A stretch of DNA of 64,000 nucleotides from the NCBI GenBank assembly GCA_002633005.1, contig NMRA01000032.1, forward strand, positions 724,911-788,910, in the 5' to 3' direction. This DNA comes from Phoronis australis (taxonomy: Eukaryota > Animalia > Phoronida). The notes beneath the pieces are model-generated. The model did no database searches. It was not told where the DNA came from and worked only from the letters and a program-made list of their open reading frames with translations. Shown in pieces: positions 44,694-56,372 of this stretch (position 1 is the first letter of the stretch; the number at the start of each line of letters is the position of its first letter). Made by a program: the position numbers and the translations under genes.

Positions 44694-46783
44694 CCCTTCA
44701 AACCTGCATGGTGTTGCGCCAAGTGTAACCATTTTGGTTAACGACCAGATACTCAAAAATCGAGGTGGTTTTAAAATAATGTAGTATTGCAAAAACTTCA
44801 TTGTTAAAAAGTGAACATCCCGATGTGTGCGTTCAGCTGAATATGGGCATGATTGAATACAGTTGTATTTTTGACTGACGCATGATGACTTCCATAATTT
44901 GTATTTATGGCCATTACATTATGACAGGTTATGTAATATTATTTCCATTACTTGTTGCACTCAGGTTTTTGTCACTTCGAGAGCATCTGTCTTATGCATC
45001 TGCCATTCATATTTTTGTTTTGTTTTGGTTTTTTTATTAGCATTATTAGTAGTCATAGGGGGAATTTCCGAAAAAACACCCATGGGCATACCTTTGGGTT
45101 GGCCTTTTGAAATTCCTACTATTAGCTCTATTTTCACCAAATTGTCTTGAAGTATTGTGTGGCTTGATGATTGAGCTATCATAGCCAGTAACCAGCGACA
45201 TTGAGATTTGAACATGGCAGGTCTGTGTTTTTTTCATCATTTCCGTTTGTGCTGGACGTTAAAATGGAACATTTGAAATTTTAGTACTAACTTATTTAAA
45301 TTTGTGCGCAACTGTGCTATGAATAGAATGTAGTGAACCGGTCGTACTTTGCCTCTTGTGACTTATTTGAGTTGTATTCCGACTGGTTCTCTGAACAGTA
45401 TTCTGAGAATGTTATTTGATGTACGTTAAATTCTCATTTATTTAGGACACAATATGGTGCGTAAGTAAAATTTTTGTTTTCAGTTTTTTCATAAAAGATT
45501 TGTAACACCAAAATAATCCTTTGCCTTGTTCAAATTCTGTACAATAGCCACCAACAGACAATGTTTTCAAAAACTGATGGCATTCACAGCAATGTTGAAA
45601 ATAAAACGACAATTTTGATAATTATTGTTGTCACAAATTGGTGACATTTTACCATTAATGTTAGTTACTTACTGTTATTAGAGATATTGTAGCGGTTGAT
45701 GGTCACATTTGCCATCCAGTAGTGGTCATTTGCCAATGTTTTAATAAGGCCTAGCTTCAAAGAACTGTTTGTACAATCTGGTTGGAGATGTGTCCAAAAT
45801 GTTACGCGATGTGCAGGCATTATTAATGCTTTCTGTCATAGTTGTGACAATTGTTCTATTTATTCATACATTACGATAGTTTATTTAAAATTTGCTGCAC
45901 TTACCAGGTGTCCACTTTTTCTCTAATCCATAAAATTATTGAAAACGCTGTACAATGCATGTCTACGGAAGCAATTCCGAACCTTTTGTATTTCATTGAA
46001 TTACCGTTGATAGTTTTGCTTTTCTATCCCATTGTGATTAAAGTGGTCGGGATTTTCGGTTGAATACAACTTGTAGTTAAGTTAGTTATGCTGTAAATCC
46101 TTAAACTGAAATTGTACATGCAAATCCCTGGCCCGTAACTAGTGTGGCTATTACCTTGGCACACACATTTGTCTTATTTGTTGGTCTTACGTTGTCAGAT
46201 CTGAAACAAGGCGATTTTGTGCTTTGGTGAAACTTCAGTTAAAGACACAATAGAAAGTTTTACTTTGTTGTTGCCATGGTTTTGTACCGCACAGCTATCA
46301 CTGATAAACATTTGGTAAACATTGAGCTTTAATCCCTGAGTGGACATTCTGAAGGTATCCGGTAAGTCCAGTTTTTGTTTTCATTCATCATTTAGCTTTA
46401 CTGTTGTAAGCTTTGAAAAACTGCTTAACACTAGTTTTAGCGATTACTTTTGTTTCAAGTTTAAGAAATGCACTGGAACTCCTAGGTGGTATTTTTGGCA
46501 TGTAAACAATCTCAAACGTGTTTCGTGTTACTTTGAAGATTGGCCTCCAAAACCATGTGCTATCTCACTTTAATTTTAGCTTTTGTGTTAATTTTTTTTT
46601 TGTGTCTGACTAAAATGTTTGAAGTTCAGTGTTTTGTAACAGCTGACCAGTAGTGACTGTATGATAGAAATGTTTGTGAAATTGAAAGTAACGCTCTTCT
46701 TTGAGTCTTGCCAAATTATTTAAGTTTTGTTTTGAGGTGAATACGCTTGAAGAACAATGCAATCATGTGAAAATTTTATTTTG

Positions 46784-46789
46784 AATAAA
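46784..46789 (+). terminator. Candidate seipin poly(A) signal (~2.1-kb 3'UTR)
   Basis: AATAAA at the end of a long T-rich UTR-like tract. Confidence 0.4.
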
Positions 46790-47981
46790 TGAAAACATGA
46801 AATAGTCGTTTTTATTAACCTAAATTTAAAAACTTGTTCATAAGACAATTGCACGATTCTTTTAGTAAACTATAGCTAGGGGCGAATCCAGAAATCAAGA
46901 TCACTAACGTGTACATGTGTGTAATCAACATGCAAATCGTTTTTATATGATACCGCCTACCTTCTTTATCGGTGATCACATTCCTTCAATATTCATGTTT
47001 AAATGAACTTGGCCATGAAATGACATATTTTTAAAATGCTTGATGAGCAAAGAAGTTGATTACATTTGCAAAAATATTGCCCACATGTTTGTAATTGTCC
47101 AGTAATTTGTTTTTAAATCGCAGTGATGGAGCTTCCAAATATATAATTTTTCACATTTTGACGAGCATGTTATTCTATTTATCTAATTTACAAAATTTCA
47201 AAGTATGTCTGATTTTTTGTCCACGCTTTTTGTCCCACAAACTTTGTCATCGATTAATAGTGCATTATTTAGTTTCATGAGAAGTTTGGAAGTATTTTCT
47301 CTTGGGGGAAAATCCCCGACACTTTTTTGCCTCTTATAAAATAAAGAGAGAAAACTTAAAAGCCACTCGAGAAAAACTTCACGTTAGTGTACGTGATGGT
47401 GATCTTTGCTAAAAATCAAAATTTTCTAGAAAAAACAACTGCATGACTACCGATTGGAAAATGCTTATGCCCACCTCCAGCAATGACCGAAAAAAATAAC
47501 GATAGGTATACTGGTTTTAAGGCCATCACAAACGTTAGCTCTTAGCTCATTACAATTGGGGGCCCCTTCCAAGATACAAAAAAGCATGACAGTTATACAA
47601 AGCAGGCAAGTTATGCAGCACAAGTGAGGATGCACAATGATCAAAAAGCCTTCTCAGTAAAAGAATCTAGCCAAGTTTCAAACATGAAAATCTTGTATAA
47701 TTGAATGGCAGTTGTTTATTTTTACAAAGAATAAAGTACATACAGTTGTACCATGCGTGGTTCAAATATCGACTATCCCATGCTTAACAAAGGACCATAT
47801 GCAAATCATGGCTACCACAGTAGTTGTACAGTGCTTTGGGGGGTAGAGGCCATGAGGGGGACTGCTGTAAAAGTTGTACTACCCTTGTACCCAAAGATGA
47901 GTTATGCATCCACTGTTGGTACGCCATGCAATCGATATATGGCATCCAAGCCAAGGTGCCTATTATCCATCATCATTTTGT

Positions 47982-50900
47982 CTAGACTAGTTTAGACTTC
48001 CTCTGCTTCCAACTGTAGTACATAATGGCAACTGTTGAGATGACAAGTCCATTCTCATAACCAAGCAAAGCTCCACAGACACAGGTGATGGGCCACTCCT
48101 GAAAAGCAATTATTACACAGTGGCATGGTGGCAAATATTCACCTACAAGGTGCAGAATATGGCAAAAAGGTGGCAGAATTTTTTTCAGTTAAACTCCATT
48201 TAAAATTATAAATATAAAGAAAAGTCTACGTTTTTACCGTATTTTGTACTGTACAACTGTTACATAACACTTAACTAAAACAGTAACAGTACTTGGCCTG
48301 TCAAGCATCAAACATCATACAGTGTAATGTGTTTTACCAGTAGTAGATAAATGCAGAGATTTCGAATTGGGAATGACCAACTAAACATGTTTCAGCACGT
48401 AACTGGCACAACTGTATACATCAACGTAAACAGCTTTCACAAGCCATCCAATCAAGAAGGTGGAAAGGACCGTCTGATCCGCCGTCTACTAGTACTTTGC
48501 ATGTTAGAATCCATTTCTTAATAAACACTGGTTTCAAGCATCTTCTTAGTCTTCTAATCAAATGTCCTCCCAGCCTTTTTATAAAAATAATGCACCTGAA
48601 TACAGAATTAATCCACCACATCAGTATGGCTTCATCTCTATCATCCATTTTAACACAATTCATATTTAATCAATGGTCAACGAAGCCTCAGTACCTGCCA
48701 CCAGCGATCCCAGTCAAGAGGTATGGGAATAGCACCCAGCCATGCACCAAGCAGACTGCATACTGTTGTAACAAACACTTGAGATTCCAGCGATGTTTCA
48801 GGACTGAGGACAAAAACAGTGTGACACATTATAATATACTTGAACTACTGTCTACGACAAAGTAAATCACCTAATAATTACTTAGAGAGTGGGCAATCAA
48901 ATTTGGGTCATTCTCCAAGTTGGCATGTACCTGATACAATTACGCCAAAGAACTCTAGATGAGCGAACTTATTAATCTTTATGTTTCGGAGGTCCTCAGG
49001 GTTAATGGCATGGTATTTAATAGACTTGTTCCAAATTCGTAAATATTCAGTGTAAATGGTGTACTGTACAACAGACTTGCTCCAAATAAAACTTTCCTCT
49101 TTTTTAGACGTAGGAAACACCAATGTATCATTGGCATAGGCTGCACTTGGTTGATTACGTCAGTTCCGCCAGGTCAAAAGGCTAAGACATCCGATTGGCC
49201 TGTATGCCGGAAGTCGCCATCTTGAACCAATCAGATGCCTTGGCTGGTTGACCCGACAGAACCAGCAAAGTCAATCAAGCGCAGCCACAGTGTTTGAAAT
49301 GTCAGGAACTTTTCAGCTGAGTTGGACAAGGAAAGACGGTTACAATGCGCATCCGTGGATGTCAAATTTGCTTGTGCCAGCAACACAAATTCCTGCTACA
49401 GCAATAAAATATAAATTTGAAGGCATAAAAACAATGGGTTTTATAATATTGATTCAGAATAGTGACCAGCATGGCAGCGAGTACTAACAGTCGATGAGTT
49501 GACTGCATATGCAGCATTGTCGGTAAATATCAGGGAATTCAAAGACTGTTCTATTTCACAACAGAATCTTGTTAAAGCAGTAGGTGCTACTGCAATCATT
49601 TTATGGAAAATGAGAAAACAAAATTTGATTTGTCCGCCATGTTGTATTATGAATTTGTGAGATTTTATCATACCTGTATTTTGTTTACAGGGCAAAGTAA
49701 TATTTAGGGTAATGCAGTATTTAAGGGTATGTAAACAATCAATTATGGTTGTATGCTTCATATTTGACACCATTTTGCTGATGCACATAAATATAATGTT
49801 GACATGGTACCTGTTTTGCCCAAACAGTCTTGACCAGTTTTCTAGGTTAGGACCAAGAACACAACAACATGGTAGAGCAGTGAGCACAGCGAGAAGGCAG
49901 GAGAAATGAAATGTCTCGCTCACCGTCCTGAAGAGAATAAAGACAATTAATATTTATTTCACCACAGCAGACTAAAATAATTTCCAGGGGTGCTCTGATT
50001 AGGAGTATTGTAAAGTGCAGGTGCCATAAATGGTGTTACAATTCAGTATAAAAACACCATGCAAACTCCACTTGGGTACACTTCTATCACAAAAACAGTC
50101 CTATTCTAAAACTACAGAATTATACCCTTTTTTGCTTTCAACAGGTACGGTAAACTTTCCTTGAACAAAAATAATGGCTAAAATTGTTGTTTTTTTTCCT
50201 TTTTCTAATGTTCATTATATTGCCAGAATGTTCAAAGTTTCATTTTGTGTTCATTGGTCAAATCCGTACTGTATAAATTTTTCCAATAATCAAGTAAAAT
50301 TGTCTTCTTGCTTAATCTTGATGAAAATTTTTACAAAATCGAATTTTGCTGTTCCGCCATATTGTGTTCTAATTTGAAGAAACTTTACCAAAAATGTCAA
50401 ACCTAGTGTCAGCAAACCAACTGAATTCAGTTCAACACAGTAACGCCATCAAACATTTCAATATAAGAAAGGAACAAGTAAAACTAACTTTACAGTCAAA
50501 GTGGTCGAAGAAGTTCTTGTTTTTCACATTGAAAATTCAGAGTTGGTGTTTTGTGCTTTTGACATGTAGTCAAAATTACTGACAGTAAAAAAACGGCAGA
50601 TGAAAACGTGAGCTTGTCAATGGTACATGATAATTTCAAAAAACCAAAATTTCCAGATATTCAATTCCGCGTGACTTTAATAAAGAGTGCAAACCTGTTT
50701 TAATATACTTACTTAGACAATGGAGCACCAAACAATACTGAAACTATGTGGAAGATACCAACAGCAACAAGGATGACTAGAATGGAGTTAAGTGCAGACT
50801 TCACCTGCAATTAAACAAAAATAGGAATATTGTTTAAAAATCTTTTAATACTAAATACATTGCAAGTCCAGGAAAACAATCATTCGTACAATTTTTATGG

Positions 50901-51558
50901 ACTAATAGAAAAATTGCCCTAGTCTGAGAGCAGCCATGACTACTTTGTTCAGACATAGATTATAGCACATGGATCGACAACTCTGTACATTTTCAAAGGT
51001 CGAAATCTGTGATCTCACGCATAAGCCGTGACGTCGCTATTCACTAGCGACACCTGACAGACTAGCACACTTTACTTCTGACAAGTGCCTCATCTGCTAT
51101 ACTGGACAATAAAATAGATGTAAGAATTTCCCGTCACAATACAATATGTCATTAACCAGAAGCTGAGTTTGCTATGTTAAGAGGGTGGCGCCTCCTCTAG
51201 GATATTTCGCAAGAAAGTATGTCTCAGATAAGGCTGTGTATAAGCAACCACAGGAATCTATAAGAAACGAAAAGATAACACCTGAATACAATATAGTTAC
51301 CTGCAGTCTTCTTGTTTTAGATCGGCTAAAATTATTTTTAAAAATAATTAATTGTGCCATTTGGCAAATTGTGATCAGTAAACAATAATATCTAACGGAC
51401 AGCAAAGCATCTTGATATAATAAGGTAGATCCGTAGATTAACTTTGGGATAACTGTCAATGAAAATAACACTCCAACAGTGAAGCAGTTAGACACCACGA
51501 TAGTTTTTCCAGACTGATTTCCAAAATGTTTGAATCCCTGCACAATGGGCGCCGCCAT
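47982..51558 (-). CDS. PIGF: GPI-anchor biosynthesis class F protein (PIG-F/GPI11), ~230 aa, 5 exons
   Basis: Exons 51558-51301, 50804-50713 (FHIVSVLFGAPL), 49927-49811 (ETFHFSCLLAVLTALPCCCVLG), 48803-48695 (LGAWLGAIPIPLDWDRWWQ), 48098-47982 (EWPITC...KSKLV*). The GAWLGA.PIPLDWDR.WQ.WP signature is diagnostic; the C-terminus has a KxKxx ER-retrieval motif. Confidence 0.95.
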
Positions 51559-54354
51559 TTTGAATGTATATTTTGAATCTCCAAACACGAAAGAGCAATG
51601 ATTTCAGCTGTGTCTCAGTGCGGCGCGCCCCAAACGGCGCCCGGTTGCTGCATGAAACAGCCTCAATTCAACTACATTCCGTAAAACTACTGGGCATTTG
51701 TGGTCTTGTGAAAACACTGATTGTTATCTCATATACTGTTTGAGTTTCATTATTAAGTCAATTTTTATATTTTGGTACAAATTTTCAATAGTATTGAACA
51801 TTAGTAGGGAAGCAATTAAGTCACTAACTATTTTGACTCAGCCTGAGTGAATTAAGGGCTCGGTTTTCAGTTACTTATTACAAGAAAACGTTTTAAGACA
51901 AAGTGGACCTCATAATAAAAATAAAATGATAGAAAAAAAATGTTCCGTCTGTGAGTAAAAAAGACAAACGGCAACAAAGATTTAGAGAACTTATACTTGA
52001 ATCCCTATTTCAATCATATGGAACTGTTTCACCGTAGGTACAGGAGGGCCGGCTGGACTCTTTACTCATGAGGACCGCTCAGTATCGCGAGTGTCTCAGT
52101 CACTAAAGATGTCGCAAGACTATGCGAGATATCGTCGTGTATTTTGAACATGAAAGCACCTGATTGTATCGCCGGGCCGCGAGGCACAACGGGAACTCCG
52201 TCGGACCCGGCTACTCATTGCCGGGGTTGAGTCTCCGAGTCACACGAGTCTTTGAGTTAACGAGATAGGTATCATATCAGTGACGTCATTGTGTGAGCCC
52301 TGAGAACCAAATCAAAAATACTCAGACAACGGTCTGGGATAGTGATAACTATCTTGTAGTCATGTGTCAAGCGAGGCGGAAACAGTACTTTACTGGACTG
52401 CGCCACATGCATCACGGTATGGCCTGTGAATACATTGTGATCTGAGTAAGTCGGCACTGATACTCCGTATTTAACTGAACAGACACGGTAGGTGTTTCTT
52501 ACGTTGCATTTTTAACATATGAAGAATGACTTGGATTTTGTCAGTTTGGAACCCTAATAACATAAAAATCATAAAAGATACATACTTAAAAGGGAACTGT
52601 ATTTTATTCTGAATAAATTCTGGATAGTTTTCTATGAATTGTTGATTGATTTCACAAATAATTCAACACCAAAAATTAAACTTATGTTCTCTAACGAAGC
52701 TCAAAAAATTACCGGCTTGGAGCGCTGCCTAGTCTCGTCAGGGGGGGAGAAGGCTCAGTTAGTAGAGGGCGTTTTTACGTTAAGTTATATTTGAACATAA
52801 ACCAATAGGATTTCTGAAATTGTCAAATGGTGATCATGTTTAGGGCCTGTTTGGACCCCGGCCGCGTGGGTTCCGCAAAACTTGCTGATCACCCAATGCC
52901 GGAGACTAGTCGGCCAGAATACCCGGCGCCGGGCTACCCGGACCCGCGACCTACAGTTGTCATGACTGAGTGCCCCTCCCTGGTGTCGGAACGTCAGACT
53001 CTAGCTGACCGTCAGTGTGGCCCCTGTTAACCTATAGAGGGGGCCAGCCTAGTCATACGTATAGTTGTCCGGTCTTTACGGCTTCGGCATCTGATCCATA
53101 CCTTAAGCTGTTAGATTTACCATGGCGATGGAGAAATGATTGCGGTTTCATTACCAGAGCTGGGTGGCAGTGGGTATTCAGTCTCGGTGGATCCTGTATT
53201 TTCTCGGTTCCAGACTCCTCAACTTTTGAATATGCAGCGTCACACCATCTCCCCTGGAAGTCCTCGACTAAATTTTTGACGGGGGTGCAACTGAAAGATT
53301 AAGATACCCGCTCACTTCGAAAAGGGGAAGGAAAAGTTGGACCATCTGTAGCTAGTATCCATGACAAAAGTCACCATTTTGAAGGAATTGTTCCAGAAAC
53401 ACAATATTTATGTAAGGATTTATTCCATATAAAGGGAGCAGTTTGGTAGCGATTACTGGACAGGTGAATGTTTATCCATTGCGCCCGAAACGGTAGCAGC
53501 AGAGAGGTAATTGGGTCAAAAAATGAGTACATCTTTTACAGCAAAAATTTTAAACTAGCTGACATATTAAAAAACCTTCCGTGGATTTGAGTAGTTAGAA
53601 AAGAAAACTTTTTGTGGGCCCTCGAAATCCCAAAGTGAAAGCTTTGAGGTATTTTTGCCAGAAAAGGCACCTTTTCGAAGGGACTTATGTAAGAATATAG
53701 GCAACGGTTCGAAGGGAATCAGTCGTGAAATGTCGCCCTTCTGGGTGGCACGTCCCTATATATGAGAAAACGCCCAGATACCCCCGAAATATTGGTCTCG
53801 TTCTCTGCACTAGTCTGATGGTCCACGTCCAGTGCTTTTGTATACACAGCTAATTATCCAAATTTAAATTACATCTAAAGTAAGACGTGGTTTTTGGTTA
53901 ATAGCGTTCTTTAGTAATCATTTCGTATAGATTGACAATAATTTTTGTCGAAGGCACCCATTAGTCGCAGCAAATAATAAGTCTGGTGATTTCTGAACAT
54001 TTGTCTTTGTTTTAGCTAGAATAAAACATTAAAATTGCTATGTTTTTCCTATTCTAAACACAAATTCGGTCATTATTTTCCAAAAAACGTCTTAACGATG
54101 TGACGAAGCAACTGGTAACGGAAACCTCAACCCCATACCGATTTATTATTAAAATATAAATGTAATCTAAAACTTGACTTAAGTACTTTAGTATTTATTT
54201 TCCCGATGCATGAGACTGTTTTTCAATTTAAATATATTGAGGAAAATTAACTAAAATGGAATTTCATAACAAGACGTCACGATCTATATTACACAATAAA
54301 GCGTGACGTAACAAACACTAATTCGTAATTTATAATGCGCATGGTTGACCATAG

Positions 54355-55083
54355 CTGAACAGGACAGACGTTTACCTTAGTGGAGGTATAATAATTGAAA
54401 ANCCCGTCGTTATTGACCAGGGAAGTTATGGCTGTGTATACTTAGTTGAGCAGCACCAGGTGTTCTACGCTCTCAAAGTGTTTCGCAAGGAGTCATCATC
54501 TTTATACGACGTCTGGAAAGAAGTTGAAGTTTTCCAGTTTGCCAATGAGAAAGGAATCAGGCCTCAATTTCGAGGGTTTTTCCCGTTAGAGGAAAACTCG
54601 ATTCTCATATCGTGGGGAATTTTAATTGACTTTGCTGGAAGCGCTATCCACAAAGGACAGACACTGCGCCAACTACTCAGCGAGTACAAGAAAAAGTCTG
54701 AGTTTACTGCACTAACGGACCGAGAGTGGCTTGACGTTCTGATTAACATATGTGAACAGGTCAACGTTCTGAATAGAGCAGGCGTGATGTTGACAGCCGT
54801 GAGTGCGGACAATATAGTAGTGATCAAGGCCAATGGTTTGTACGAGGCACAGTTCTTGGACTTTCGAGACGCAGCGTTGTTGAAGCACAACCCCTGTGCC
54901 ACCTACTACGGCGACTTTGCTAAGGTACGCGATCTAATGGGCCTGATAAACTGGGAGACAGACTCCAACGAGAGGTTCCACGATGCTCGTGAACTGATGT
55001 CTCAGGTGCCAGCTAAAGCTACTTGGGATGACGTCATCAAGATCCTAAGGGCGGAGAAGTTCTTCACCCGCTCTATCTTTTAA
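54355..55083 (+). CDS. Protein-kinase-like exon, probably a catalytically dead pseudokinase; 5' start not found
   Basis: The frame is open from 54355 if the N at 54402 is one base. G-loop DQGSYGCVY, ALK lysine, alphaC WKEVE, catalytic loop MLTAVSADNIV (HRD lost, Asn kept), DFR in place of DFG, shortened C-lobe. AATAAA at 55419. Confidence 0.7.
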   Translation: MNRTDVYLSGGIIIEXPVVIDQGSYGCVYLVEQHQVFYALKVFRKESSSLYDVWKEVEVFQFANEKGIRPQFRGFFPLEENSILISWGILIDFAGSAIHKGQTLRQLLSEYKKKSEFTALTDREWLDVLINICEQVNVLNRAGVMLTAVSADNIVVIKANGLYEAQFLDFRDAALLKHNPCATYYGDFAKVRDLMGLINWETDSNERFHDARELMSQVPAKATWDDVIKILRAEKFFTRSIF

Positions 55084-56227
55084 AAGTCTATGTCAGAATA
55101 ATGATGCCACGTCATGCGTGTGCATGATATGCGTGCCGAAGCCTGCCCATGATGATAAGTCGGCAGCAAAACTCCGCGCAAACCTGACTTTTCCAAACGC
55201 TTGTACTATCAGAGCAACGGCCGCTGAACCTGGAATAACTAAGCAAGAATACCAATGACGCTCGTTAAGACATTGTTTCGATCAACTTGATAATTTGCTG
55301 ATGTAATGTGGTGGGGCATAAGACGGTCTTCTGACATGGGTGAAGTTTTTGTTTACAACCATTATCAGAAAGTTGATTAGACGATTAATTGCTTTGTATT
55401 GATTTTATTTTTCTTCGTAATAAACGTTGATCAAGATTTCTTATCATACTGTGTTCATTTATTTATTGATAAAGTATTTATTACCCATTTTATCGCTAGA
55501 CGGGGCATCAGAGAGCAGAATCTTTCGAAAAGTTAGTGTGCTCCTACACCAAGTCTTATCTATACAGGGATCATTTCATGTCTTCTCGCGCTTCTTAAGA
55601 CAAAAATGCATCGAACGTCTCGACAGAACGCCGCCGAAAACGCTAACTAACAGTAAATTTCAATTATAATAAAACACGATATTCCCACAAAAGAACTATG
55701 AAGCTGTTTAAAGAAATGGGGAACGAGAGATTGCCCAACTCATATCAGAGACTGAAGCGAGTTTGAGGGTAGGTAAATATTTTGCAGAACGGAGTTTTAA
55801 TCTGGTGCTTCGGGTAAATTTTCAATTTTCCAAAAATAAGATGTCGAAAATTTATTTCCCAATCTCCACAAATATCCTTTATAATCAAATCGTTTTTGAA
55901 AATCATTTGCAAAACTTGTAGGCAACCATGGAATTTTTAGACCGTGCCGACTTGCATTAGAGAAAATTGGTGCCAACTTATCAATTTTTAGGTCATGTTA
56001 AAAGCTCATGTAAAGCCCATCTACCTGTATTGCTTTATATCTATCCATTATTTCATATTGAACAAGCTTGGCTGTTCATATACTTCTCATGAAACACTCT
56101 GACGGTGAAAAATGTTTATCCCAAGTTCAGGCTAGTGTGTAAACTGTAAATAACGGCCAGTAACTTTATACACTCGTGACGTGGTGTGAGCCGGTTTGTT
56201 TGTCCGGAGGTATTGCTTTTTTGTTAT

Positions 56228-56372
56228 CATGGGCGGCGCAGCACTGAAAAAGGTGGGGGGCTAAAGCCCCCTTAGCCCCCCTGTGGTGCACCGCCTATAG
56301 ACCATGTGCGGCGTAGCACTGAAACAAGTGGGGGGCAATAGCCCCCCAGCCCCCCATGGTGCGCCGCCCATG
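56228..56372. mobile_element. Dimeric MITE, CATGGGCGG family, 5-bp TSD
   Basis: Termini CATGGGCGGCGCA...TGCGCCGCCCATG; GTTAT on both flanks; two head-to-tail ~70-bp units. Confidence 0.85.

Noticed and set aside
46775-46816. Overlapping seipin and PIG-F 3' ends (opposing AATAAA motifs)
   Set aside because: A nearer minus-strand AATAAA at 47715-47720 is a simpler PIG-F end, and the hexamer is common in AT-rich DNA.
52827-53302. GC-rich short ORFs (also 59806-60021 and 5630-5896)
   Set aside because: No recognisable domains or coherent splice structure; probably repeat-derived or regulatory DNA.
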